Part shown: piece by piece, positions 45,861-57,715 of the stretch
How positions within the stretch are numbered: the stretch's first letter is position 1
Layout of the letters: every line of letters starts with the position of its first letter
Source: the human T2T-CHM13v2.0 reference genome, Homo sapiens
NCBI RefSeq assembly: GCF_009914755.1
Contig: NC_060926.1
Length of the DNA stretch: 64,000 bases
Direction: 5' to 3' (one strand)
Position numbers and translations under genes: made by a program
The notes under the pieces: generated by a model
The model's input: the letters and a program-made list of their open reading frames with translations, nothing else
Databases searched by the model: none
Told to the model about the DNA's origin: nothing

Positions 45861-46443
45861 CTTTGTGGTTTTATCTACTTTTGGTCTTTGATGGTGGTGA
45901 TGTACAGATGGGTTTTTGGTGTGCATGTCCTTTCTGTTTGTTGGTTTTCCTTCTAGCAGACAGGACCCTCAGCTGCAGGTCTGTTGGAGATTGCTAGAGG
46001 TCCACTCCAGACCCTGTTTGCCTGGGTATCAGCAGCAGTGGCTGCAGAACAGCGGATTTTCGTGAACCGCGAATGCTGCTGTCTGATCGTTCCTCTGGAA
46101 GTTTTGTCTCAGAGGAGTACCTGGCCGTGTGAGGTGTCAGTCTGCCCCTACTGGGGGGTGCCTCCCCGTTAGGCTGCTCGGGGGTCAGGGGTCAGGGACC
46201 CACTTGAGGAGGCAGTCTGCCCATTCTCAGATCTCCAGCTGCATGCTGGGAGAACCACTGCTCTCTTCAAAGCTGTCAGACAGGGACATTTAAGTCTGCA
46301 GAGGTTACTGCTGTCTTTTTGTTTATCTGTGCCCTGCCCCCAGAGGTGGAGCCTACACAGGCAGGCAGGCCTCCTTGAGCTGTGGTGGGCTCCACCCAGT
46401 TCGAGCTTCCCGGCTGCTTTGTTTACCTAAGCGAGCCTGGGCA

Positions 46444-46698
46444 ATGGCGCGTGCCCCTCCCCCAGCCTCGCTGCCCCTTTGCAGTTTGATCTCAGACTGC
46501 TGTGCTAGCAATCAGCGAGACTCCGTGGGCGTAGGACCCTCCAAGCCATGTGTGGGATATAATCTCCTGGTGTGCCGTTTTTTAAGCCCGTCAGAAAAGC
46601 GCAGTATTAGGGTGGGAGTGACCCGGTTTTCCAGGTGCCATCTGTCACCCCTTTCTTTGACTAGGAAAGGGAAGTCCCTGACCCCTTGCCCTTCCTGA
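46444..46698 (+). CDS. L1 antisense ORF0, open, 84 aa
   Basis: MARAPPPASLPLCSLISDCCASNQRDSVGVGP... matches recalled primate L1 ORF0; good Kozak context (gcaATGG). Expression unknown. Confidence 0.55.
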   Translation: MARAPPPASLPLCSLISDCCASNQRDSVGVGPSKPCVGYNLLVCRFLSPSEKRSIRVGVTRFSRCHLSPLSLTRKGKSLTPCPS

Positions 46699-46931
46699 GT
46701 CAGGCAATGCCTCGCCCTGTTTCGGCTCTCGCACGGTGCGCTGCACCCACTGTCCTGTGCCCACTGTCTGTCACTCCCTAGTGAGATGAACCCAGTACCT
46801 CAGATGGAAATGCAGAAATCACCCATCTTCTGCATCGCTCACACTGGGAGCTGTAGACCAGAGCTGTTCCTATTTGGCCATCTTGGCTGCCAGCTTCTAG
46901 GCTCATTTTCTGATAAAACCCTCTCTTTCAC

Positions 46932-47213
46932 TGTATTAGTCTGGGTTCTCCAGAGAGACAAAATCCATAAGATAGGATGTATTCCCTCTTTCTCAGGGGA
47001 CTTCAGTGCTTTTTCTTCTTCAGCTGATTGGATGAGGCTCAGCCATATTATGGGGGGTAAACTACTTTACTCAAAGTCTACTGATTTGAATGTTAACCTA
47101 CATAAAGGCCACACACACACAAACCAACTTCAGAGCCACATCTAGACTGATGTTTTACCAAATAGCTGGGCACCATACCTTAACCAGGTTGCCACTTAAA
47201 ATTATCCATCACA
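46932..47213 (-). mobile_element. MLT2-type LTR, internally deleted
   Basis: 'tgtattagtctgggttctccagagagaca...ctttactcaaagtctactgatt...aaaattatccatcaca'. Confidence 0.8.
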
Positions 47214-47326
47214 TGCTGTTACACAATTATACCCGGGCTTGATTTAATATCTTATGTACAAATATTTTATTTTTCTCATGTCATTATTTACTTGGTCCAA
47301 TTTGAGAAAAGTTTAAATGTTTAAAT

Positions 47327-47539
47327 CAAGTTTGTCCAACCCACGACCCATGGGCCGCATGTGGCCCAGGACAGCTTTGAATGCAGCCCAACACAAATTC
47401 ATAAACTTCCTTAAAACATTATGAGTTGTTTTTTACATTTTTTTTAGTTCATCAGCTATTGTTAGTGTATTTTATGTGTGGTTCCAAACAATTCTTCTTC
47501 CAGTGTGGCCCAGGGAAGCCAAGAGATTGGACACCCTTG
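47327..47539 (-). mobile_element. MER30 hAT-Charlie MITE
   Basis: 'tgtccaacc...gtggcccagggaagccaagagattggacacc'; perfect 8-bp TSD gtttaaat (47319-47326 / 47540-47547). Confidence 0.9.
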
Positions 47540-48039
47540 GTTTAAATGATTTTGTTATGTGAAGAAACCCTTCTGAGGTGTTCTTTGTGACTCTGGTCTC
47601 ATCACAACTTCCTTCCCTTTGTCACAGCTTCATTGTGGTCTGTGAGTCCTCTCAGCCTTGTCTGGTTCCCTCCCTCCTCATTCCCCTCTTATGCTTTTTT
47701 TTTTCCCTAAGAAATCTCTTGCATGTCTTGTACCATCTTGGTGTCTGCTTTCACAGAACTGAGACAATGCAGTGTTGAGGGCTCATGTTTTGTAGCTGGG
47801 GGAGGAACCCAGGATGGATCAGAGTGGTCATGTGATAGGGCCCTACAGAATTCTGGTTTCTAGGCATTCCTAGGGACCAACTCAGCTGCCCAAATGCTTA
47901 GACTTCCTAATCTGATAAACTAGCACTCTGATTGACGGAACTTCTTGGAGCCATGGGTTTATGTATTTTTTAAAATGCTTAAAAAAATTTTTGAGGGGAG
48001 TTAATTAAGCTATAAACATCTTTTATATATTTAAATGCA

Positions 48040-48490
48040 AATAGTTAATGAATAAGTACTATGTGTAAAGTATGGTGCAGTTTTAGGAAAGATGAGTAAG
48101 TTTTGGTCTCTGCCTTTATTTAGATGAGAACATAGGAAAAACAAACCAGAATGGGGTGGCTGATATAAGAAAATGAAACAGGGAAGTAGGTGGTCTGGAA
48201 GAAAAAATGAGACCAATCACAGGCTGCTTCCAAAATAAGAAGGTAAAGAACATGTCATTTGAACTGGATCTCTTAGGATGAGATATTGCAGGAGAGGACA
48301 GTGAGACCAGTGTTTGATGGAGAGAAAAGAGTGCATGCCCAGCAAAGCAGGAAGTTCCAAAGACTGATCTGAGAGGACGGTGTTTTAAATGAAGTGAGGA
48401 AGAGGGAGTAATGCTGGATAGGGAGACTGCAGCCAGTGGTTGAGTGACCTGATGCCAGGGGAAGAAGTTGGGAATTGATTCTAGGAGAAG
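48040..48490 (-). mobile_element. L2 fragment
   Basis: 'gaataagtactatgtg...tctgcctttatttagatg...catttgaactggatct...gggagactgc'. Confidence 0.5.
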
Positions 48491-48494
48491 AATT

Positions 48495-48580
48495 TCGAGC
48501 AAAAATATGCCTGCATATTTTACATATTGATTACCAATCGAGCAAAAATTTGCCTGCATATTTTACATATTGATTAACAA
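48495..48580. repeat. 43-bp tandem duplication
   Basis: tcgagcaaaaat(a/t)tgcctgcatattttacatattgatta(c/a)caa x2, two mismatches. Confidence 0.92.
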
Positions 48581-49289
48581 TCTGTGACTTCTAACTGTGG
48601 TCCAGGTGTCAATCCCATTCACCCTGTGAATGACATGGACCTTGTAGCATGTTTACTCACATCCTGTCAATTATTCTGTATAGAGCATGATACTAATGAC
48701 ATAATGACATGGCAAGTTTTAGCTCATGTGACTTGATTTATATCCAATTTAGCTTCATTATCTGTGAAATAAACAATAAGACAGGGAAAGAATAGCTACA
48801 TAATGTATTTGGAGTTTATACAAATATAACTGAATAAAAAATTCTGTTGAAAGATAACATTAAAAAAAGTAGGGAAAGGAATGGGTAGATAGTAAATAGA
48901 AAAAAAATCACCCATGGCAAATTGACCTCTAAAAGAAATATTTGACAACTTCCTGAAAACAAACATTTGGCAAATGTGCCCAAGAATGTTCTATCCTTAA
49001 AATAAATGTACGTTTAAGAAACATCCACTTTGGTCTTAATAAAACAAATGATTTTTTTTTTCATGATGCATTAGCAATCCCTAGTGGGCTCATACATGTG
49101 CCAGCCAGTGTAGACATTGTCGGACTGAAGTAAAAACTGAGAAGAGCAAATACAATGTAATTAAAGACAGTCTGTTTTATAAAAATAATAATTCCATAAT
49201 GACGAAATGTTATGCAAAGGTAAACACAATGCATATTAATTCTATGCAAGTTTTATTAATGTTCTTGAAGAAATTACTTATTAGTTGAA

Positions 49290-50570
49290 TTTTTTTTAAT
49301 TTTGAAAATATTCCAACTCACAGAAAAGTTGAAAGGATAATACAATGAACATCTTTATGTCCCCCAGCTAGATTCAGATTCACCAACTCTTAGCAAGTGG
49401 TCATATCTATTCTCTTTCTCACGCTCTTTCTCCTCTTTTGTCAAACTGTTCATAAGTAGCTCACAGATATGATGACATATCACCCTACTGTTACCAGAAT
49501 TAGCCTGTGTAACCACTTCACCATGTCTACACTCAGGGAAGTCTCTGATGTAAAAATGAGATCTAACACACAATCCATACTCAAATTTCTCAGTTGTTCT
49601 CAAATATCTTTTTTGAAACCACTTATTGAGGTCTAATTGACATACAAAAAATGCATACATATTTAACATATACAACCTGGTGAGTTTGGAGATAGGCACA
49701 CATCTGTGAAACGATCACCACTATCTCTACCAAAAACATATTATCGCTTCCACAAGATCCTTCCTGGCCTTTTTATGTATTATTATTGATACGATTTGGT
49801 GATCAGAACACTTAACATCAGATCCACCTTCTCAGTAAACTTTTTTGTTTCTGTAAGTACTATGCTGTAAAGTAGATCTCTAGGACTTATTCATCTTGAA
49901 TTACTAAAACTTTGTATGCTTTGACCAAAAACACCCCATCCCCTTCTCCCCACTAAACCCTGGCAGCCACCCTCCTACTCTCTGCTACTATGAGTTTGAC
50001 TATTTTAGATTCCTCACCTAAGTGGGATCATGTGGTATTTGTCCTTTTGTAACTGACTTGTTTCGTTTAGCATAGTGTCCTCCAGGTTTATCCGTGTTGT
50101 TGCAAGTGGCAAGATTTCCTCCTTTTTAAAGTCTGATTGAGTGCCTTTATAACTTTTTATTTGAATTGTTTTTTGATTCAGGATCTAATTGAGACTCATT
50201 CATTACATTTGACTGCTGAATTTTTGTGCTCTTTCCGAATCTTGAACATATCCCTAAGCCTACTCTGTGCTCTTCAAGATGTGGAAGGCTTTGATACGTC
50301 CTGCAGGATGTACCACATTCTGAATGTGACACATTCCTCCTTATTAGATGCAGGACAAACCTTTCTGAGGAAAGCACTACTCCTGTTCTTTTGGGGGGTG
50401 CTCTCTTCTCCACATTGGGAGGCACGTGATGCCAGGTTGACTCCTGACTGGCGCGATGCTCACCCAGTTCGTCGTCTTTCTTGTCCAGAGGGTGATTGAC
50501 AGATCTCTCCATTGTAAAGATGCATTACCTCCTTTCTAATTAATAGCTAATCTGAGGAGTGGTATTAATG
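49290..50570 (-). mobile_element. L1MC-class 3' fragment interrupted by an L1MB/MA-class 3' fragment (~49610-50137)
   Basis: 'aattttgaaaatattccaactcacagaaaagttg...' and 'ttattgaggtctaattgacatac...tatgagtttgactattttagattcc'. Confidence 0.7.
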
Positions 50571-50994
50571 TACATGCTAATTCTTAGTTTTTAAAGCTCT
50601 GAGTCAGTTTTGGGGAGTTGGGTATTGTTGGAAGTTCTTCTAGTAAAAGTTCAACGTGACTTTACTGATTGCAGAAGTGTGCTTCTCCATATGCAGTGAA
50701 AGACAGTCAAGTTAGGGCTGGAAGGGACCCAAGTGATAATCTGGTTCAATTTCATTTTTTATTTATAGAAAATGAGGTCAAGCCATCTCAGTGAAATAGT
50801 AAGAACCATACTCCAGATCCCCCGATTCCAGTCCAATTTTCTTTCTATTATTTTTGAGGTGCATTTATTTAGTCCTTCAAGAACCAGAGCAAAATCTTGG
50901 ACAATCAAAAGAAGACAGAAGGGCATCATGGACAAGGATAGATTATGCTATTCTTGGGGATGTGTATTCGGGATAATAACAGCAGAAGGTGACG

Positions 50995-51691
50995 GCTCTA
51001 TAATATATAAAATATCATGTGAGCCACAGATTTGGGCCACACATGCAATTTAAAATTTTCAAGTAACCATTTAAAAAAATGAAAATAAAGAGATGTAACT
51101 AACTGCAATAATATGTGTTATTTAATCAATATCCCAAATATGATCATTTCAACAAGTAATCAATATTTTAAAAATTATATATAGGCTGGGAGTGGTGGCT
51201 CCTGCCTGTAATCTCAGCACTTTGGGAGGCTGAGGTGGGCAGATCATTTGAGGTCAGGAGTTTGAGACCAGCCTGGCCAACATAGCAAAACCCCATCTCT
51301 ACTACAAATACAAAAAAAAATTAGCCTGGCGTGGTGGTGTGTGCCTGTAATCCCAGCTGCTTGGGAGGCTGAGGCATGAGAATCACTTGAACCCAGGAGG
51401 CAGAGATTGCAGTGAGCTGAGATTATGCCACTGGACTCCAGCCTGTGTGACACAGCAAAACTCTGTCTCTCTCTCTCTCTGTCTCTGTCTCTCTCTCTCT
51501 ATCTATAGATATGTGTGTGTGTGTGTGTGTATGTATATATATACACATATATATATAATGAAATTTTATATTCCTTTTTTTGAATCAGTATGTACCCTCT
51601 ACTTTTTAGCACATCTCAATTCAGAGTAGCCACCTTTCAAGGGAGCAAAATAACCTCATTCAACCAGTGACAATGTTGTTGAATGATGCTG
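50995..51691 (+). mobile_element. MER33-like hAT-Charlie element split by an Alu
   Basis: 'atgtgagccac...aatttaaaattttcaagtaacc' ... 'tagcacatctcaattcagagtagccacctttcaag'. Confidence 0.75.
51184..51468 (+). mobile_element. AluS with tail replaced by (CT)n(GT)n(TA)n
   Basis: Full Alu body; no poly-A, compound microsatellite follows at 51465-51557. Confidence 0.93.
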
Positions 51692-51994
51692 CTCTAGAAG
51701 AATGAGGAAATGTCAAATAGAGGTTCCTACTAAAGGGGCAATGAAAGCAATTGCCTGACACCCAAAATAGGACCTAATAGATATTAGCAGTTAGTGGTAA
51801 TATTTGGAATGATAATTTTATTTTCTCTACCTAGGCCTTTAGGACTTTGGATTCCTTGAAGGTATTCAAATATTAACTAATAACTTTCAACATTTCACAA
51901 GTCTATTTAGTAATGTTATACATTTATAAAAAAATACACTGTGAGACTAACATCAATGGCAGTCATATCACTGCATAAGTCAAACTAACACTTA

Positions 51995-52463
51995 GGATCT
52001 GAGATGGGGTATGTGGAACGTGAGGTCACCTAGGGTGAGAAGGGGTTGAAGGTGCTATGATCACTACTTTGAATTTCTTATAATTTTGTCTTTGAATTTG
52101 TGTTTTGTAAATAAAATCAGGTGGGACTCAAGTGTGTGCTGGTGACTGCCTCTTGCTGCCTTCAGCCTCCTGCTCCCCAGAATGAGTTCTAGGCTGCTGA
52201 CTTCTCACTTCATCCACAGGTCTGGATATGGCATGGGGAGGGGCAAGAGCAGGTGCATGAACCTCACACAGAGTCGTCCACACTCACCTGGCAATTACCA
52301 CTGTGCCCGCAATACCACATTAAATAACAATTTAAAAATACCATGATAACTCAGAAGAAAGGTACAAGAAAAAAAAAAAGCTTTTTTTTTTTTCCTGCTG
52401 TTTGAAACAAGGCTTCATGTTGTCATTTTACCCTAGGCCCTAGAAAGTATGTAGCTGACCTTG
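51995..52463 (+). mobile_element. Zaphod/MER91-related hAT-Tip100 derivative
   Basis: 'ttgaatttcttataattttgtctttgaatttgtgttttgtaa' and terminus 'cattttaccctaggccctagaaagtatgtagctgaccttg', related to the MER91 copy at 4573. Confidence 0.55.
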
Positions 52464-53454
52464 TGCTCAGTGTTGGAGAAGCTGCTTTCATCTGATTCCC
52501 ATTGCTATTAACTGTTTTGTAGCAATTTCAATTGCTGCCATTTTAAAAAACAAAAATCAGGGAAATAATTATTTCCTCATAAAGGCAGTTTGGTAGACAA
52601 ACTTTTTGAAAGAATGTGGGGCATGGATAATCATTAAATTGGACTTTTATGTAGAAAATATTGGGAACACCTGATCTGGAAGCAGAATGTGTTAGGAAAC
52701 AACTAAGTCAGGCAACTCAACAAAAAGCCAAGTCATTGCATGGGTGTTAGGGGAAGAAGGCTAACTTTTGCGGGTTTGTTTTATATGAAATAACCAGTTA
52801 ACTTACTGAATTTTTCACTATTGTGGACTTTCGGTGGGATTTTGTAAATATAGTGTAATTAAATAAAAAGTTTTATTTAATAATATTTGGCACTTTATAT
52901 ATGCAGGGATTTAGTAGGCAAGGTTATGGGCCAGATTGTAAAATTATGATCAGTAAGAAGAAAACTAAAACCAGAATAATGATATGCTATTAATAAATAT
53001 GCTCTATTGACCCAAGAGGGCTAGAGCTGCATTTCAAAGTCTTTGTAAGAAAAGTGACAAAACTCTGATGCGAACAGTTTCAGGAAGCCTGACCGGGGTG
53101 CTGTTGTGGACGTTGTGCAGTGTCTCAGCAGTCCTAGCAGTGTGCTAGCACAGCTGGAGCAAGCATAGCTCTGTTCCTGCCTGTGTGTGGGCTCACCTTA
53201 GGAGGGGGTTTCTTTCTTGCTATCCCTTAGGTTTTGTTTCACTTTTAAGTTTATATTATCCACAAAGAGTATAAACAGAAATGTACTGAGAATTTAGATC
53301 ATTTTCCCAGTACATAAGGACCTGTTTCTCTCCTGCTAACATTAACCCTACTTGAGACTTAGAGAAAGAGGCATCACACTTAGAAAGTCTCCTGTGGGTA
53401 TAATGTCTACTCTTTGTTTCATGAAAGGATATCCTGGGGTGGTTAGCTTTTTGG

Positions 53455-53473
53455 TTTTCTTTCTCTCTTTCTC

Positions 53474-53505
<32 letters not shown>

Positions 53506-53828
53506 TTCTTTCTTTCTTTCCTTCTTTCCTTCCTTTCTTCTTTCTTTCCTTTCTTTCTTTCTTTCTTTCTTTCTCTTTTTCTTTCTTTCTTTCTCTCTCC
53601 TTTCTTTCCTTTCTCCCTTCCCTCCCCTCCCCTCCCCTCCCTTCCCCTCCCCTCCCCTCCCTTCCCCTCCCCTCCCCTCCCTTCCTCTCCCCTCCCCTCC
53701 CTTCCCCTCCCCTCCTCCCTCCCTTCTTCTCTGCCTCCCTCCCTCCCCCCTCCCCTCCCTCCCCCCTCCCCTCAGTCCCTCCCTCCCTCCCTCCCTCCCT
53801 TCCTTCCTTTCTTCCTTCCTTCTTTTTT
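53455..53828. repeat. 374-bp polypyrimidine tract: (CTTT)n then (CCCCT)n then (CCCT)/(CCTT)n
   Basis: Only three purines in 374 nt; occupies the tail position of the adjacent Alu. Confidence 0.95.
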
Positions 53829-54109
53829 GTGGATGGAGTTCTGCTCTGTCACCCTGGCTGGAGCGCAGTGGCACGATCTCAGCTCACTGCAACCTCCGCC
53901 TCCAGGGTTCAAGCAATTCTCCTGCCTCAGCCTCTTGAGTAGCTGATATTACAGGTGCTCACCTGTACCTAGCTAATTTTTGTATTTGTAGTAGAGACTG
54001 TGTTTCACCATGTTGATCAGGCTGGTCTCAAACTTCTGACTACAAGTAATCTGTCCACCTCGGCCTCCCAAAGTGCTGGGATTACAGACATGAGCCATCA
54101 TGCCTGGCC
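53822..54109 (-). mobile_element. AluS
   Basis: Reverse Alu ending cctggcc at 54109. Confidence 0.93.
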
Positions 54110-56749
54110 TTACCACTCTATTTCCATCTTATATTTTTCCTTACTTCTCCTCCAGCTTTTTTTTTTAATGGTGACCAACTAAATGCCTATCAATTTATCA
54201 GAACTGTTTTAGACTTATGATTAATATCACCATTCAGGGCATTAATTCCAAGCTCTCAGAAACCTAAGACCCTGGATTGCCATTTGCTTCCTTAGCCTTC
54301 ATGCCTGCTTTGCTTGAAGCAGTGTATATTCTTTTGTTCTTTGGTGACATCTATTTTCACATCATAATCCATATTACATACACTCCTTGGGAATGAATAT
54401 GAGTAGTTAAATTAAACTGGTCATGAAAACAGGGAAATAATTATTTCCTAATAAAGGCAGAAGAATGCCAGTAACCTCTGGAGATAGCTTGAGGACACTT
54501 TGCTATCAGTCATAACCTTCATCTTCCCTGGTCTCTAGCCATCTTCTTAAACACCTATATCTATTTGAAATTCTTCAAAAAGCAAATTAGAAATTAAAGA
54601 CCAGTTCTTATTTAGGCCGTTGAAAAAGATCAAGTGACAACTGGCTGATCTTGGGGACTTGACTGAGACCTTTCTAGTTGTGGGCTGTGAATGCCCGGCC
54701 ATCAGGTCTTAGCAAGTTCCATCACCACGCACAGAGTGTGGCAGATCACGTCTTCCAGGATTTCTGATAGACACAATCCATTTTTAATGCCTTGTGTCAG
54801 GCATCCCTGCTGTCCTCTAACCATTCTTAATAATAAGACAAAAGTGATATTTTAGGGTAACAGTTAATAAATAATGTGACTTATCCAATCACACCTTTCA
54901 CTAAAATATTATTATCTTTTGGCAGATTCATTACTGTAGAGGCATCAGGATCTGATGAAACATTCTCTAATTCTACCACTAGTACATTTTCCAGAGTTGT
55001 CTTTCTTTTAATTTAATTCTCCCACTCTGAAAGCATACTGTCCATTGCAATTACTGAATGAGCATTTAATCTCCCATAACTAAGGCATTTTAATCTTTTC
55101 TTATGGAAAGACGATTAAAAGGTCCTAATATTGCTATGATATGGATACATTTCATCCCGACCGAGTGAATCAAAATTTCCTTTGTTCTTATTACTACAAG
55201 TTAAGACAAACCAACTGTCTAGGCACTTCACTGCAATAGTTAAGCTACCTTTAGCACAAGGTGTGATAAATGTTTCAAAACGTAGTCTATTGATTGAATA
55301 GAAAGGTTTTCAGAACTTCCTTGGGCAGAGGTGAGCCTAGAGGTAGAGAATCGCAAGATAAGTTTTTATAGTTGTTATGGTAGCTTGGTTTACAGTCTGT
55401 TATGTTTGTCCCAAAGCAATAAATCTTTCTACTTTTAAAATGCTGTGTGGCTAACAGAGATATTGAATCACTTTGAAACCACAAGGGTTGATTTTGTTAT
55501 ATTATAGCATCGCTATCTTGATCATTAATTTTTTTTAATTTAAAATCTTAGTACTACACTAGTATAAAACAAAAGTTGGTGAAGTTTTAAACTTTTTAAA
55601 CTTTTTAAAAATCAGTACATTTTCCCGATTTTTACCTTCACGTAACTGTTCTATTTCCCTGGAGCACAGAATGTCACGTTTAAATAATTGCATATCCTGA
55701 GTGTTTACAATGTGCATACACCTTAGTCTATTATCAACTCTAGTAAAAACACATAAATATAATCTGCAATGTGATGTTTACCTAAGAAGATAATTTCTTC
55801 ATGACTATTTTGCCTGGCCTCCAACCATGGGCCCTGGTGTATGTATTTCAGTTGTACTGGTCACTGGTTTATTAGGAAGGACCTCACACTACATTATGCA
55901 TTTTCATAACACCCTGGGCTTGATTGAGAAGTGTCATATCCTTTCTCTTCAACCTCTATTTCTCAGCCACATTCATTCATAACCTAATTCTCCCCTTCAG
56001 AATTGTGGTGATGTAAACCGGGGTCACAGATTAGCAATTTTGCAGCTGGAAAACAAGGCAATTCTGCTTTGTATTTTATTATGTATTTATTCCTCAAGGA
56101 TCATTTCCTATTTATTGAAATTTGGAAAAACAACAATTCCTTCCAGACTGATAATGATCTGGTAATCAATGTGAAATATATTTGTAAAACAAATACAGAT
56201 TTACAGATTTCTCCTGTGAAAACATTCAGATGGCTGAAACAGCCATTTTAATAGTTATACTGTATTTGAACTTTTTAAAAGATACCCTTTTAGGAGATAA
56301 CATGTTTCCTGTGATTCTGCCACATGTGCTACTTTGTTATATTTTATGATGAAGACTCTTTTATACTTAGATAAAAGGTTTATTAAGTAAATGTTTGTGT
56401 TAATAGTGTAAACTGGCATAAGAAACTGTTCATGAATATTTCACAAATTTTTAACAATGATGATAGAATCAGAAATTCACAGAAAGAATATCTAAGAACT
56501 TTGAGCCATACATAAATTCATAAGAATATAGATTCACTTTGCTTGCATATTGTTTCTTTATTAACCAGGAGCTGCTTTGATTATTTGGGCTGAGGTGTTG
56601 ATAGCCCAAGGTGTAGTTCTTGATTACATAGGTAAAGAAATATACATTAAGCTGAATAGAAAGCTGATAGTAGTGTAGGCTGAATGCAGTTAATTAGCTG
56701 CTTATTCAAATACCCTGTTCATTATTTCTTCCTCTAAGAATGAGACTGT

Positions 56750-56791
<42 letters not shown>

Positions 56792-56796
56792 TATGT
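56750..56796. repeat. (GT)n microsatellite
   Basis: Direct read. Confidence 0.9.
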
Positions 56797-57210
56797 AGGG
56801 CAAAAGTAGGAATGTAATGATATTGGTACCATTTTTTTAAGAGACCTTGGGAAAAGAAGAGGAAAAAAGCTTTATTTAAAAGGATGTAAAGACTTCAACA
56901 TTCCAAGGGGACCGCAGAGATTGAATTTATTTATCCTATAACATTTCTACATTGATTATTTGAATTTTCTAGTTAAAAATTTCCTAGTTAGTTCTACACT
57001 AGTGTAAAAAGGAAAACCATCATAATTTCAACCTGTCATTACAAAGCTCTGGTGGTTTAGAGGAGTTTGCTTCCGTGAAAATGGGGGTAGCCACCCTCTT
57101 CCTTAACTCTATAAGATTCTCTTCAAGGTGAAATATTATTAGGGTACAGTTAGTTACCTGAGGTTTGTAATTTGGTCTTTGAGATGTGGCTTCTTGTTTC
57201 ATGAAATTAA

Positions 57211-57396
57211 TAGCATTAGGAGATATACCTAATGCTAAATGACGAGTTAATGGGTGCAGCACACCAGCATGGCACATGTATACATATGTAACTAACCTGC
57301 ACATTGTGCACATGTACCCTAAAACGTAAAGTATAATAATAATAAAATAAAAAAAGAAAAATTAAATAAAAAATAAAAGTAAAAAAAAAAGAAAAC
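57211..57396 (+). mobile_element. Very short 5'-truncated L1PA3-like 3' end with A-rich tail
   Basis: 'tagcattaggagatatacctaatgctaaatgacgag...gtaccctaaaacgtaaagtataat' plus tail. Confidence 0.92.
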
Positions 57397-57559
57397 TAAA
57401 GAAAATGACAAGGTAATGAATATCTGATACAGTGCTTTAAAAAAGTCCTTTGAGTGAATATGGCTACAGGGAGGGAAATACAAATCTCATTTTGTTTGCT
57501 GAGTCAATCCTCGCAAAAACACATTTCAGTTGCAAAATTTTGCAATAAATAAGATAAAG

Positions 57560-57715
57560 AGATTCAGCAAAGGTTTAAAAATTTTCTGACTTCCAGTGTA
57601 TAAAATGAGAATGGTCATGAAATATCCACTTCGTAAAATTACTGTAAAAATTTAAAAAGATAACATACATAAAGTTCTTAGCAGAGTGTTTAACATATAC
57701 CAATAATTTGAAAGG
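57560..57715 (+). mobile_element. MIR fragment
   Basis: 'tgtataaaatgagaatggt...gataacatacataaagttcttagcagagtg'. Confidence 0.55.

Noticed and set aside
46886-46896. Non-canonical bases at the L1 5' end as a 5' transduction
   Set aside because: Too short to assign, and they do not match the start of the 3'-transduced flank as a source TSD would.
53352-53942. 196-aa and 143-aa ORFs over the pyrimidine tract
   Set aside because: Low-complexity repeat lacking stop codons and running into an Alu; an artefact.
57530-57545. 16-bp palindrome ttgcaaaattttgcaa (and A11-GC-T12 at 52369)
   Set aside because: Single-copy, AT-rich, plausible by chance or homopolymer slippage.
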